Below are positions 42,345 to 52,692 of a stretch of DNA of 64,000 nt, piece after piece (the stretch's first letter is position 1; each line of letters begins with the position of its first letter). The translations under genes were made by a program, and so were the position numbers. A model generated the notes under the pieces. The model was not told the origin of the DNA. It was given only the letters and a program-made list of their open reading frames with translations, and ran no database searches. Location: the NCBI RefSeq assembly GCF_988243305.1, contig NZ_OZ547136.1, one strand, 5' to 3'.

Positions 42345-42736
42345 AGTAAAACCTGGCATTTTACTCGTCGTCTTTTGGCTTACAGGTGCGGCAGCTGCGT
42401 TCGTTCACCCCTGTCACTTACTGTTGTAAGCTCCCGGGGATTCACTCACTTGCTGCCTTCCTGCAAACCAAAATCCATAGAGTAATTTGTTAATCATAGG
42501 CCGAAGCCGTTCTAGGTTTGCGTTGCGTTTGAGGAGGTAAATTGACCGCTATCCTGCAGTGATGTTGCCAGAGATACGCGCGCGTAAAGTAAGGTAAATA
42601 ACTGAGTGGTTATTTTAGGGATGTAAGCGGTCAGGAATGGCGGTGAGCGGTTGGGCAAGAATTATTCATCGGGTGGATATGTGATTGAGATCACAATAAA
42701 AATGCCCCTTCGACGAATGCGTGAAGGGGCTGGAGC

Positions 42737-43249
42737 TTAAATCGCAGCTTCCATTTCCAGCATCACCGGATGGAAACGGCGTTTAAAGTAGATAAGTCCG
42801 TGACCTTCTGCACTGAGGATGATGTTTTTAATCTCCACCAGATACACCAGATGTGTGCCAATTGCCTGCACATCGCGGATCTCACCTTCAAGACTGGCCA
42901 GCGAACCTTTTAGCACCGGCTGCGCCAGCGGACCTTTTTGCCAGCATGAGAGGCTAAAACGCTCTTCCATCGCCATGCCTGTCATGCCCGCGAAGTGGCG
43001 TGCCATCAGTTCCTGCTCATGGTTGAGGACGTTGACGCACAACTTGCCGTTGCCCTGAAAAACCGGGTTCATCGCACTGTTGGCGTTAATGCACACCATC
43101 AGCGACGGTGGTGTATCCGTGACCGAGCAGACAGCCGTTGCCGTAATCCCGCATTGTCCGGCGTCGCCCTCGGTGGTGATAATATTTACCGCTGCCGACA
43201 GGCTGGCCATTGCGTCACGAAAGCGCAGGCGTTGTTCATCTAATTGCAT
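42737..43249 (-). CDS. hpaC: 4-hydroxyphenylacetate 3-monooxygenase, flavin reductase component
   Basis: 170-aa flavin-reductase-fold ORF immediately downstream of hpaB. Confidence 0.9.
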   Translation of the reverse strand: MQLDEQRLRFRDAMASLSAAVNIITTEGDAGQCGITATAVCSVTDTPPSLMVCINANSAMNPVFQGNGKLCVNVLNHEQELMARHFAGMTGMAMEERFSLSCWQKGPLAQPVLKGSLASLEGEIRDVQAIGTHLVYLVEIKNIILSAEGHGLIYFKRRFHPVMLEMEAAI

Positions 43250-43266
43250 CTTAACCTCCTGCTGCG

Positions 43267-44829
43267 TTATTTCAGCAGCTTATCCAGCATGTTGATATCG
43301 TCGTTGTTGTGCAGGTGCGGCACAGTCCAGCCGTTCTGGTCGTATTCCGACAGGCAGCGATCAACCATCGCCATCATCTTGTCCATATTGCCGGAGCTTT
43401 GTGCCTGGCGCAGACACTGCAGGCGAATCTCATCCTGGCTACCGGAGTAGTTGATTTCATACAGTTCGTGACGACCACCAAATTCGCTGCCAATAGCATC
43501 CCACATCAGTTTGAGGATCTTGATGCGCTGGACGTGATCCATACCGTTCGAACCGCGCACATACTTCGCCAGATACTGGTCGATCTGCGGATTGTTCAGG
43601 TCACGGGCACTGGAAGGGAGATAGATCAGGCCACTGGTAACGTTGCGTTCGATAATGTTTTTGATCTTCGCGTAGGCCATTGGTGCCAGTACGCGATAGG
43701 TTTGCAGTGCGGCATGATCCGGTAAATAAGCCCCGTTGACCCACGGCGTCGCTTCTGAACACATCGAGTCACTCAATGCCCAGAAGGTGTTGCGCCACGC
43801 CACCACTTCACCGAGATCGGCCTGCACACCACGGAACTCCAGGGTGCCGGTACATTCGAGTGATTTTTTCAGCAGTGCCGTAATGAAGTCGAGTTTCACT
43901 GCCAGGCGCACACAGGCTTGCAGCGGATACATACGGGCGAAACCGCCTTCCATCGTCCAGCGACGGCAGCGATCAAAATCGCGGTAGATCAGCACGTTTT
44001 CCCATGGGATCAGCACGTTATCCATCACCAGAATCGCATCGTTCTCATCGAAGCGGCTGGAGAGCGGGTAGTCGTACGGCGAGCCGGTAGCACCCGCGAC
44101 CATCTCATAAGAGGCGCGGGAGATTAATTTCACGCCATCGGCATCCATTGGCGCAACGAACATCAGTGCGAAGTCCGGGTTTTCGCCCATCACTTGTGCC
44201 GAGCCGAAGCCAATCATGTTGTAGTGAGTCAGCGCCGAGTTGGTGGCAACCACTTTCGCACCGCTGACGATAATCCCGGCGTCAATCTCTTTTTCCAGCT
44301 TGATGTAAACGTCTTTCACTTTATCGGTCGGCAAATGACGATCAATCGGTGGGTTAACAATCGCGTGGTTAAAGTAGAGGCCAGTTTCCTGAATACGGGT
44401 GTACCAGTTACGGGCGTTCTGCTCGAACTGACCGTAAAAGCCCGGATTCGCGCCCAGTGCGCAACCGAAAGCAGCCTTGTAGTCTGGGGTACGGCCCATC
44501 CAGCCATAGCTCAGGCGTGACCACTCAGCGATGGCGTCGCGTTGCTGGCGCAGGTCGTCGGCACTTTTCGCCACGCGGAAGAATTTATGGGTATAGCCGC
44601 CGCTGCCGGTGTCGGTGTTCCAACACAGAGAGTCCTGCATCTCCGGTTTGTGCAGCGCGTCGTACAGTTGGGCAACAGACGCTGCCGCATTACGAAATGC
44701 CGGATGAGTGGTGACGTCTTTCACTCGCTCGCCATAGATATAGATCTCGCGACCATCCTGCAGGCTTTTCAGATACTCTTCCCCGGTGAACGGACGTTGG
44801 GTACTGGCGCGGAAATCTTCTGGTTTCAT
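43267..44829 (-). CDS. hpaB: 4-hydroxyphenylacetate 3-monooxygenase, oxygenase component
   Basis: 520-aa ORF recognised as HpaB (FADH2-dependent two-component monooxygenase large subunit). Confidence 0.92.
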   Translation of the reverse strand: MKPEDFRASTQRPFTGEEYLKSLQDGREIYIYGERVKDVTTHPAFRNAAASVAQLYDALHKPEMQDSLCWNTDTGSGGYTHKFFRVAKSADDLRQQRDAIAEWSRLSYGWMGRTPDYKAAFGCALGANPGFYGQFEQNARNWYTRIQETGLYFNHAIVNPPIDRHLPTDKVKDVYIKLEKEIDAGIIVSGAKVVATNSALTHYNMIGFGSAQVMGENPDFALMFVAPMDADGVKLISRASYEMVAGATGSPYDYPLSSRFDENDAILVMDNVLIPWENVLIYRDFDRCRRWTMEGGFARMYPLQACVRLAVKLDFITALLKKSLECTGTLEFRGVQADLGEVVAWRNTFWALSDSMCSEATPWVNGAYLPDHAALQTYRVLAPMAYAKIKNIIERNVTSGLIYLPSSARDLNNPQIDQYLAKYVRGSNGMDHVQRIKILKLMWDAIGSEFGGRHELYEINYSGSQDEIRLQCLRQAQSSGNMDKMMAMVDRCLSEYDQNGWTVPHLHNNDDINMLDKLLK

Positions 44830-45055
44830 GTCGACCTCTACAGTATTAATCGGAATACGATTGTTAATTTTGTGTGTTGTTTTTGTTATTCAATTGAATC
44901 GTTGAACGCGGTTGTCGGGAAGAGACGTTTCAGGCGAACGTTGGTACTTTTCGCCAGCAAGGTGGAGTTAAATAGTAAACTGCGATCGTGATCAACTTAC
45001 AGTAAGGCAAATCATAATATTCCCCGCTAACAAGGGCTAACGGGGACGGAATTGT

Positions 45056-45994
45056 TTATGGGGCGAATGGAATGGTAATCGTCATATTTTCATGACCAAC
45101 GACGATAGGGCCTGAATAGTTTTTCTGTGCTTCTTGCTTCCATGTTTCATCCGGAACGGTGATTGGTACCAGGTGGCTAAGGATGAGTTTTTTCACTTTT
45201 GCTTCATTGGCAATTTTGCCTACATCCTCAATAGTCGTATGGTGAGAAGCAATGGCTTTTGCCAGTGTTTTACCATTGCCAATACTGTCTGCCAGCTTAG
45301 CGACGGAGGGCTCATGTACGGCCTCATGCACAAGTATATCAGCGCCTTCTGAGAAAGTTGCCAGTGGGGGAAAGTACGAGGTATCTCCTGAGAAGACAAT
45401 TCGCTTGCCTTGTGTGTCGAAGCGATAAGCAAAAGCCTCACCGTCAGGGAAAGGAGAATGAGGAACCTTTAATGCAGTCACGGTCACGGTATCATCTTTA
45501 TAAACTACGCCTTCACCAACATCTTGAGCTGTAACGAGCTTGCGAGGATCGGGTTTTCCTTCTTCTTCCATACGCAGTGTGATGTCCCGATCGAAGACCT
45601 GCCAACTGGCAGCGGTCATGGCTCGGGTACCTGGCGGACCGAACACATGAATATTTTTGTCCTGCAGACCGCTAGCCCATGCATTCATTAAGACTGAGGG
45701 ATAGTCCAGAATATGATCACTGTGTAAATGGGTGAGTAAAATATTATCAATCTGGCGCAGTGGAATATTATTTTTTACCAGTTGTAAGCTGGCCCCGTAA
45801 CCAGCATCAATTAACCATGTTTTATTGCCAATAATAAGTGCCGTTGCCATCGGCAAACGGTCAGCTTTTAATAAAGAAGGGCCACCTTTCGTTCCAAGTA
45901 GTACAATTTTCATTTCTTGCAGTTCGGAGGCGTAGGTGAATGCCACTGGCGCAATCAGGCACGCCACAAATAGTGAGCGTAAAGATATTTTCAT
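45056..45994 (-). CDS. Metallo-beta-lactamase-fold hydrolase with signal peptide (function unknown)
   Basis: 312-aa product from MKISLRSLFVACLIAPVAFTYA (signal-peptide-like); HxHxDH motif (THLHSDH); lies between hpaA and hpaB. Confidence 0.75.
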   Translation of the reverse strand: MKISLRSLFVACLIAPVAFTYASELQEMKIVLLGTKGGPSLLKADRLPMATALIIGNKTWLIDAGYGASLQLVKNNIPLRQIDNILLTHLHSDHILDYPSVLMNAWASGLQDKNIHVFGPPGTRAMTAASWQVFDRDITLRMEEEGKPDPRKLVTAQDVGEGVVYKDDTVTVTALKVPHSPFPDGEAFAYRFDTQGKRIVFSGDTSYFPPLATFSEGADILVHEAVHEPSVAKLADSIGNGKTLAKAIASHHTTIEDVGKIANEAKVKKLILSHLVPITVPDETWKQEAQKNYSGPIVVGHENMTITIPFAP

Positions 45995-46020
45995 GTCGAG
46001 TCTCTCAGGTTGATAAATGG

Positions 46021-46914
46021 TCAGCGACCACGGAATTGTGTTGGTGAGCAACCCATCATTCGGTTGAAAAAACGGGCGAAATAGGCGGGATCTTTGTAGC
46101 CAAGATCAAGGGCAATCTGGTTGATGCTTTGCTCGCTATAGAGCAGAAGCCGTCTGGCTTCCCGGCTCATTCGTTCGAAAATCAATCTCTTCGGCGATTG
46201 ATTGGCAAAACGTCGGCATAGCTCGGTAAGCCGTGATTCACTCATACCGAGCATTGCTGCATATTCAGGGACCATTAAATGTTGGCGATAATTTTCGTCA
46301 ATCAGCCGATTAAACTTCTGGAATAAACACATCTCGCCGCGCACGCTGCATGTTGAAATATCATTTGGTGGTGCTTCACGCAGTAGGATTGTAAAAATAC
46401 TTTGCGCCAGTGATTGCAATAGAATTTCCCGTCCTGGCTTATTTTGTTGAAACTCCAGGGATATTATCGGCCAATAATGATTTAATGCCGCCAGTGTATG
46501 TTCCATTCCCTCCAGCGACAGACAGATACCTTGTAGCATTGCGGCATCTCCACTACCAGGCCAGAGCTTTTCTACCAGGGGCCAAATTAACTCCTGACGT
46601 ACGGTCAGAACATGCCCGTCGCTATCAGGCTCAGTAAAGAAAGTATGTGGCACCGATGGTGGTGTTAGTACAAAAAGCGGTGCGCGCACAGAATAGAAGT
46701 GCTCATCCAGCTGTAAAGTAATGCGTCCAGTGACCAGATAATGGAGTTGAAAATATCTATCGTGCCAGTGAGGGCGCATATCGCGTCCAAAGAAATTCGC
46801 TAACCTGGCAAATGTTTCATAATGCACATCTTCACCAGCGTAGCGGGCATCATATTCCCGGACCAAATCAATATTTTCATAACCATGTTCAAAGATAGCT
46901 TCACTGGACATCAT
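46021..46914 (-). CDS. hpaA: AraC/XylS-family activator of hpaBC
   Basis: 297-aa ORF with N-terminal cupin-like sensor and C-terminal AraC-type HTH (QIALDLGYKDPAYFARFFNRMMGCSPTQFR). Confidence 0.85.
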   Translation of the reverse strand: MMSSEAIFEHGYENIDLVREYDARYAGEDVHYETFARLANFFGRDMRPHWHDRYFQLHYLVTGRITLQLDEHFYSVRAPLFVLTPPSVPHTFFTEPDSDGHVLTVRQELIWPLVEKLWPGSGDAAMLQGICLSLEGMEHTLAALNHYWPIISLEFQQNKPGREILLQSLAQSIFTILLREAPPNDISTCSVRGEMCLFQKFNRLIDENYRQHLMVPEYAAMLGMSESRLTELCRRFANQSPKRLIFERMSREARRLLLYSEQSINQIALDLGYKDPAYFARFFNRMMGCSPTQFRGR

Positions 46915-46920
46915 GACTCC

Positions 46921-48288
46921 TTATTGCGGTTTTGGTGCGATAAGTTCAGATGAAAGAGAGTGTTCCCGACTCCCCATAGGAATTCGGGTCATGACTAACG
47001 CGCCCAGTACCAGTAATCCTGCTACAAACCACAAACCTGAGCTAAAACTGCCGGTTGCATCTTTCAAAATACCGATAAGTAATGGACTGACTGCTGAACC
47101 TACATTACCGACAGCATTGATGACAGCCATCGCAACGGCACGCGATTGCAAGCTTATTACTTGATCCGGTGTCGTCCAAAAGATAGCCATTGCGGTAAAT
47201 GATCCCATTGAGGCCATAATGATGCCGCTCAGTTGAATGAGGCTGTGATCAGTCGCAGAAGCGAGTAACCATCCGGCAGCGGCAAACAGGTAGGGAAGAA
47301 TCGTATGCTTTTTGCGTTCTTTAAGACGGTCGGAACGACGACTCCACCAGATCATGCCAAAAATTGTGCAGAATTGGGGGATGGCCGCCAGCAAACCAAT
47401 CATGATGTTGCTACTGCCAGTATTGAAACTCTGTAGGATTTGCGGCGTCCAGATATTAATCGCACTCAGAGTATTGGTCAGGCAAAAATAAGCAAGTGTA
47501 TATAGCATGATGGCTGGGGTCAGGACTTCACGTAAGGTTGAGCGTGGAACAGATGCATGGGCAAATGCACTCTCTTGTTCACGGAGAATCATCGTTTTTA
47601 AAGCCTGTTTTTCGTTTTCATCAAGCCAGGTCGCCTGGTCTGGTGTATCGTTGAGATAAAACCAGGTGACGACACCAAGAATGACCGATGGCAGACCTTC
47701 CAGCAAAAAGAGCCATTGCCAGCCTTTTAGATTCCACAGTCCATCCAAGGCCAGAATGTAGCCTGAAAGGATCGATCCCAGCATCATAGTGACTGGCATC
47801 GCTATCATAAATAAGGCATTGGCTCTGGCCCGATGATATGCCGGGAACCACCAGGTCAGATAAACCAAAATACCAGGTAAAAAACCCGCCTCAGCAATAC
47901 CAACCAGCATACGCAGTAGATAGAGTGTTTCGGGGCTTGTTGCAAACATTGTGCAGGTGGAAGCAACTCCCCAGACCACCATGATCCCAGCGATCCATCG
48001 ACGAGCGCCAATTTTCGCTAACATCATATTACTGGGGATCCCGCACATGACGTACGTGACATAAAAGAGTGTCGCGGCGAGGCCAAACATTGTGGACGTC
48101 AGGCCAAGATCCTTGCCCATTGTCAGTCCGGCAAATCCTATATTGATGCGATCAAGAAACGAAAAAACAAACAGAATAAAAAGAAAAATGATTAGGCGAC
48201 GAAATAATTTATTAATGACACGATGTTCAATTTCAACAGTTTTATTATCTTTATATTGCAGGGTAGAGGTCGTCATGATGCGCTCCAC
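46921..48288 (-). CDS. hpaX: 4-hydroxyphenylacetate MFS permease
   Basis: 455-aa 12-TM MFS transporter in the expected position of the hpa cluster. Confidence 0.85.
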   Translation of the reverse strand: MERIMTTSTLQYKDNKTVEIEHRVINKLFRRLIIFLFILFVFSFLDRINIGFAGLTMGKDLGLTSTMFGLAATLFYVTYVMCGIPSNMMLAKIGARRWIAGIMVVWGVASTCTMFATSPETLYLLRMLVGIAEAGFLPGILVYLTWWFPAYHRARANALFMIAMPVTMMLGSILSGYILALDGLWNLKGWQWLFLLEGLPSVILGVVTWFYLNDTPDQATWLDENEKQALKTMILREQESAFAHASVPRSTLREVLTPAIMLYTLAYFCLTNTLSAINIWTPQILQSFNTGSSNIMIGLLAAIPQFCTIFGMIWWSRRSDRLKERKKHTILPYLFAAAGWLLASATDHSLIQLSGIIMASMGSFTAMAIFWTTPDQVISLQSRAVAMAVINAVGNVGSAVSPLLIGILKDATGSFSSGLWFVAGLLVLGALVMTRIPMGSREHSLSSELIAPKPQ

Positions 48289-48297
48289 ATCGTACGT

Positions 48298-49101
48298 TTA
48301 GTAGACAGAGTTGTTGTTTTGCTTCGCCATCGAAATAGAAGAACTATTACCAAACCGTGCTGCCAGCGCTTCGGCGGCGCGGGCGAGCAGGGTGGTGTCA
48401 ACGCCGACGGCGACAAATAGCGCGCCCAGTTCCAGGTAGTGTTTTGCCAGTTGCTCATTGGCGATCAGGATACCCGGCGCCTTACCCGCTTCGCGGATCT
48501 GCACGATCGCCTGCTCAATCGCGGCCTGCACTTCCGGGTGTTGCGGATTACCGGCATAACCCATATCGGCGCTCAGATCCGCCGGGCCGATAAACACGCC
48601 GTCGACGCCTTCCACGTCCAGAATCTGCGGTAAGTTCTTCATTGCCTCACGCGTTTCGATCTGCACCAGTACGCACATTTGATCGTTGGCTTTTTGCAGG
48701 TAATCCGGAATACGGTTCCAGCGCGAGGCGCGTGCCAGCGCACTGCCCACACCGCGAATACCGGCGGGGGGATAACGGGTGGCGCGTACCGCTTCACGGG
48801 CTTCGTCGGCGTTTTGTACCATCGGCACCAGTAAGGTTTGTGTGCCGACGTCCAGCAGTTGTTTGATTTGCACCGGATCGTTCCACGATGGGCGTATCAC
48901 CGGCTGGCTGGGGTAGGGCGCAATCGCCTGTAGCTGGGTGAGCACGGTTTGCACGTTATTCGGCGCGTGCTCACCGTCGATCAATAACCAGTCGAATCCT
49001 GCTCCGGCCAGTAACTCTGCGCTGTAGCTGCTACTCAGCCCCAGCCATAATCCGATCTGCGGGCGGCCTGCTTTCAGCGCCGCTTTAAAACTGTTTTCCA
49101 T
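48298..49101 (-). CDS. hpaI: 2,4-dihydroxyhept-2-ene-1,7-dioate aldolase
   Basis: 267-aa product from the ATG at 49101 ([21 protein letters not shown]..., GGAGAG Shine-Dalgarno); HpcH/HpaI aldolase family. Confidence 0.85.
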   Translation of the reverse strand: MENSFKAALKAGRPQIGLWLGLSSSYSAELLAGAGFDWLLIDGEHAPNNVQTVLTQLQAIAPYPSQPVIRPSWNDPVQIKQLLDVGTQTLLVPMVQNADEAREAVRATRYPPAGIRGVGSALARASRWNRIPDYLQKANDQMCVLVQIETREAMKNLPQILDVEGVDGVFIGPADLSADMGYAGNPQHPEVQAAIEQAIVQIREAGKAPGILIANEQLAKHYLELGALFVAVGVDTTLLARAAEALAARFGNSSSISMAKQNNNSVY

Positions 49102-49111
49102 CGTTCTCTCC

Positions 49112-49915
49112 TTAAACAAAGCGGCAGCTAATGGAGCCCATGTTGCCGTAATCGACGTGGAAGGTGTCGCCCTTACGCGCCGGAACCGGGCGGGTGAACG
49201 AACCGCCGAGAATGATTTGCCCGGCTTCCAGTTGTACGTCATACGGTGCGAGTTTGTTCGCCAGCCAGGCTACGCCGTTTGCCGGATGATTCAGCACACC
49301 AGCGGCGACGCCGGTTTCTTCAATCACGCCATTGCGATACATCAGGGCGGAGATCCAGCGCAGATCCAACTCATCGGGCTTAATGGGACGACCGCCGAGG
49401 ATCACCCCGGCGTTGGCGGCGTTATCGGAAATGGTGTCGAACACTTTGCGCGGGCGCTGGGTTTCCGGATCGATGTTGTGGCAGCGAGCGTCGATCAGCT
49501 CCAGCGCCGGGATCACATAATCCGTGGCGTTGTAGACGTCGAACAGCGTGCAGTTTGGTCCACGCAGCGGTTTTGCCAGCACGAAAGCCAGCTCCACTTC
49601 AATGCGCGGCACGATAAAGCGATCGGTCGGGATATCGCTGCCATCGTGGAAGAACATGTCATCCAGCAGGGCACCGTAATCCGGTTCGCTGATTTGCGAG
49701 CTGGCCTGCATCGCTTTCGAGGTCAGGCCGATTTTGTGGCCTTTCAGCGTACGGCCTTCGGCAATTTTCAGGCGGACCCATTCGCGCTGCACCGCGTAAG
49801 CGTCTTCGATGGTGATCTCCGGGTAATCCAGCGAGATCGCGCGGATCTGTTCGCGCTGTTTTTCTGCCTGATCCAGACGCTGGGCGATCAGGGTGTGGGT
49901 GTGTTTATCGAACAT
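49112..49915 (-). CDS. hpaH: 2-oxo-hept-3-ene-1,7-dioate hydratase
   Basis: 267-aa product from [14 protein letters not shown]...; hydratase/decarboxylase family; the track ORF start 49933 is an in-frame upstream extension. Confidence 0.85.
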   Translation of the reverse strand: MFDKHTHTLIAQRLDQAEKQREQIRAISLDYPEITIEDAYAVQREWVRLKIAEGRTLKGHKIGLTSKAMQASSQISEPDYGALLDDMFFHDGSDIPTDRFIVPRIEVELAFVLAKPLRGPNCTLFDVYNATDYVIPALELIDARCHNIDPETQRPRKVFDTISDNAANAGVILGGRPIKPDELDLRWISALMYRNGVIEETGVAAGVLNHPANGVAWLANKLAPYDVQLEAGQIILGGSFTRPVPARKGDTFHVDYGNMGSISCRFV

Positions 49916-49982
49916 GGCGATATCCTGTGGCATTGCCGGATGCGGCTGCGCCTTATCATCCGGCCTGGAAGCTGGTACAAAT

Positions 49983-50363
49983 TTATTTAAACAACGCGTG
50001 TACGTTGTTCTGTTTGAAATTCAACGTCGGGTGCAGCTCTGCAATCTCAAATGAAAGCGCCAGGTAACGGCTCTCCATCAGTGAGGCGAAGTGCGTTTTA
50101 ATCAGATCAAACAGCATTTCGCCTACTTCCTGACGGCTTTCCAGACTGCGCCCGCTGCCGATTTTTAGCGTCATATGCACAAAGGCGTAATCGTGCTTGC
50201 CATCAGCCATTTGCCAGGTATCGATCCAGTGCGCCCGGCTACGTATTCCCCCAAGCGGAAAAATCCCCGTCGCCGCCAGTGCAGTGTTAACACTGGCAAA
50301 CAGCTCAGGTAAGCGGGCTTCTTGACGAATATTTTCAGTACATTCCACGATAAAGTGCGGCAT
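49983..50363 (-). CDS. hpaF: 5-carboxymethyl-2-hydroxymuconate isomerase
   Basis: 126-aa [15 protein letters not shown]...; CHM isomerase family. Confidence 0.85.
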   Translation of the reverse strand: MPHFIVECTENIRQEARLPELFASVNTALAATGIFPLGGIRSRAHWIDTWQMADGKHDYAFVHMTLKIGSGRSLESRQEVGEMLFDLIKTHFASLMESRYLALSFEIAELHPTLNFKQNNVHALFK

Positions 50364-50372
50364 GGTGGTTCC

Positions 50373-51224
50373 TTACGCGGGAAGCGGGAAAACAGCGTTA
50401 ACCTGACCGGTGCCAGAGCTTGGGAACAGCTCGGTGATAAACTCTACCTTGCCGTCGTATTTATCCCAGCCGAGCATCCCCAGCAGCATCACCGTGTCGT
50501 GCATATTGCCTTCGCCGTAGCAGTAGTCAGCGTACTCCGGCAGCATATTGCAGAACTCTTTGAACTGGCCTTCGCGCCACAACTTCACCACGCGCTCGTC
50601 CATCTGGCGGTCGAACTCGCGGGTGTAGCTGTTCATCCCTTCTTCCGCACGCTGATCGTCAATAAAGCGGTGCGATAATGAACCGCTGGCAAGGACCGCC
50701 ACGGTGCCGTCGTACTGTTCGATCGCTTTCAGAATCGCTTCGCCCAGCTTGCGGCTGTCGGCAAAATCATGAACGGTACAGAATGCGGAGATGGAGACCA
50801 CTTTGAAGTGCTTGTCTTCATTCATGTAGCGCATTGGCACCAGCGTGCCGTATTCCAGTTTCAGGCTGGGAATGTTGTGCGCTTTTGCCCGCACGCCGAG
50901 CTTTAAGGCTTCATCGGCAATTAGCTGCCCCAACTCCGGGTTGCCCTCGTAGTTGTAGGTCATGTCACGAATAAAATGCGGCAGCTCGTTACTGGTGTAG
51001 ACGCCTTCAAAATGGTCTGCACAGTTGATGTGATAAGCACTGTTGACCAGCCAGTGAGTATCGAAAACGATAATGGTATCGACGCCCATTTCCCGGCAAC
51101 GCTTGCTGATCTCTTTATGCCCGTCGATCGCGCCCTGGCGGCAACCGTGGTTTTTCCCTGGCAGTTCAGAGAGATACATCGACGGTACGTGCGTGATCTT
51201 GGCGGCTAACGCTAACTTACCCAT
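50373..51224 (-). CDS. hpaD: 3,4-dihydroxyphenylacetate (homoprotocatechuate) 2,3-dioxygenase
   Basis: 283-aa extradiol dioxygenase (LigB-type) ORF in the hpa meta-cleavage operon. Confidence 0.88.
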   Translation of the reverse strand: MGKLALAAKITHVPSMYLSELPGKNHGCRQGAIDGHKEISKRCREMGVDTIIVFDTHWLVNSAYHINCADHFEGVYTSNELPHFIRDMTYNYEGNPELGQLIADEALKLGVRAKAHNIPSLKLEYGTLVPMRYMNEDKHFKVVSISAFCTVHDFADSRKLGEAILKAIEQYDGTVAVLASGSLSHRFIDDQRAEEGMNSYTREFDRQMDERVVKLWREGQFKEFCNMLPEYADYCYGEGNMHDTVMLLGMLGWDKYDGKVEFITELFPSSGTGQVNAVFPLPA

Positions 51225-51225
51225 A

Positions 51226-52692
51226 TCAGACTCCCCATTTCGGAATTGGATGGTCGCCCATGGAAATGCAGACGTTCTTCATTTCCGCGAACACTTCGAA
51301 GCTGTACTCACCGCCTTCACGCCCGGTGCCGGAGGCTTTTACGCCGCCAAATGGCTGGCGCAGGTCACGCACGTTCTGGGTGTTGACGAACACCATGCCA
51401 GCTTCAATGCCACGCGCCAGGCGTAACACTTTGCTGACATCCTGTGTCCAGATGTACGACGCGAGGCCGTACTCCACGTCGTTTGCCAGACGTAAGCCTT
51501 CGGCTTCGTCTTTAAACGGCAGCAGGCAGGCGACCGGCCCGAAAATCTCTTCCTGGGCGACTCGCATACGGTTATCAACGTCTGCCAGCACGGTTGGGCG
51601 CAGGAAGTTGCCGCCTTTCAGGTGCGCAGGCAGGTCGGACGGTTTATCCGGACCGCCCGCCAGCAGGGTTGCGCCTTCTTCAATGCCGAGACGAATATAG
51701 CCGGAGACTTTTTCCCAGTGTTGCTGGCTGATAAGCGCCCCAACCTGGGTATTCGGATCGTTCGGATCGCCCACGCGCAGACGGTTGGCGCGTTCGGCAA
51801 AGCGTTTAACGAATTCCGGGTAGATGCTTTGCTGAATAAAGATGCGCGAACCGGCGGTGCAGCGCTCGCCGTTGATCGAGAAGATGGTGAACAGGGCAGC
51901 GTCCAGCGCGCGTTCAATATCGGCATCTTCAAAAATCAGCACCGGCGATTTACCGCCCAGTTCCATGGAGTATTTTTTCAGCCCGGCGTTTTTCATGATG
52001 TTGCGCCCGGTGGCCGTACCGCCGGTGAACGACACGGCACGTACGTCATGATGACGAACCAGCGCATCGCCTGCGGTTGCGCCGTAGCCCTGTACCACGT
52101 TCAGCACGCCCGCCGGAATACCGGCTTCCAGCGCCAGCTCACCCAGGCGGTCAGCGGTCAGCGGGGAGAGTTCCGACATTTTCAACACCGCGGTATTGCC
52201 CAGCGCCAGACACGGCGCGACCTTCCATGTGGCGGTCATAAACGGCACGTTCCACGGCGATACCAGCGCACAAACGCCTACCGGTTGCACCAGCGTGTAG
52301 TTGAGCATCTTGTCGTCAACCGGATAGGTCTTGCCGTTCATCTGCTGGCAGACTTCCGCGAAAAATTCAAAGTTGTGAGAAGCGCGTGGGATCAATACAT
52401 TTTTGGTCTGATGGATCGGCAGGCCCGTGTCCGCGGTTTCCATCGCGGCGATCTCAGGCACGTTCTGGTCGATCAGATCGCCCAGACGGCGCATCAGGCG
52501 CGCACGCTCTTTCATCGGCAGATTGGCCCATTTCGGGAACGCCTCTTTCGCTGCCGCTACCGCCTGATTGATCTCCGCTTCACCGCCGGAGGCCACATCT
52601 GCCAGCACTTCACCCGTTGCCGGATTGGTGGTCTGGAAGTAGTCGTTACCTGCAACATTTTTGCCGTTGATCCAATGATTTACTTTTTTCAT
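51226..52692 (-). CDS. hpaE: 5-carboxymethyl-2-hydroxymuconate semialdehyde dehydrogenase
   Basis: 488-aa NAD-dependent aldehyde dehydrogenase ORF (ELGGKSP, catalytic Cys context GERCTAGSR). Confidence 0.9.
   Translation of the reverse strand: MKKVNHWINGKNVAGNDYFQTTNPATGEVLADVASGGEAEINQAVAAAKEAFPKWANLPMKERARLMRRLGDLIDQNVPEIAAMETADTGLPIHQTKNVLIPRASHNFEFFAEVCQQMNGKTYPVDDKMLNYTLVQPVGVCALVSPWNVPFMTATWKVAPCLALGNTAVLKMSELSPLTADRLGELALEAGIPAGVLNVVQGYGATAGDALVRHHDVRAVSFTGGTATGRNIMKNAGLKKYSMELGGKSPVLIFEDADIERALDAALFTIFSINGERCTAGSRIFIQQSIYPEFVKRFAERANRLRVGDPNDPNTQVGALISQQHWEKVSGYIRLGIEEGATLLAGGPDKPSDLPAHLKGGNFLRPTVLADVDNRMRVAQEEIFGPVACLLPFKDEAEGLRLANDVEYGLASYIWTQDVSKVLRLARGIEAGMVFVNTQNVRDLRQPFGGVKASGTGREGGEYSFEVFAEMKNVCISMGDHPIPKWGV

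Noticed and set aside
42360-42736. Possible BtsR (LytTR) operator or leader structure in the long btsT upstream region
   Set aside because: An ACCGCTAT-like half-site was seen but no convincing direct repeat with the expected spacing; not supportable from the sequence alone.
49157-49990. 277-aa ORF on the plus strand
   Set aside because: Antisense to hpaH; the same reasoning applies to the other antisense ORFs in the track (e.g. 256..768, 22006..22734, 30219..30752, 43309..43725, 53550..54062, 60461..61015).
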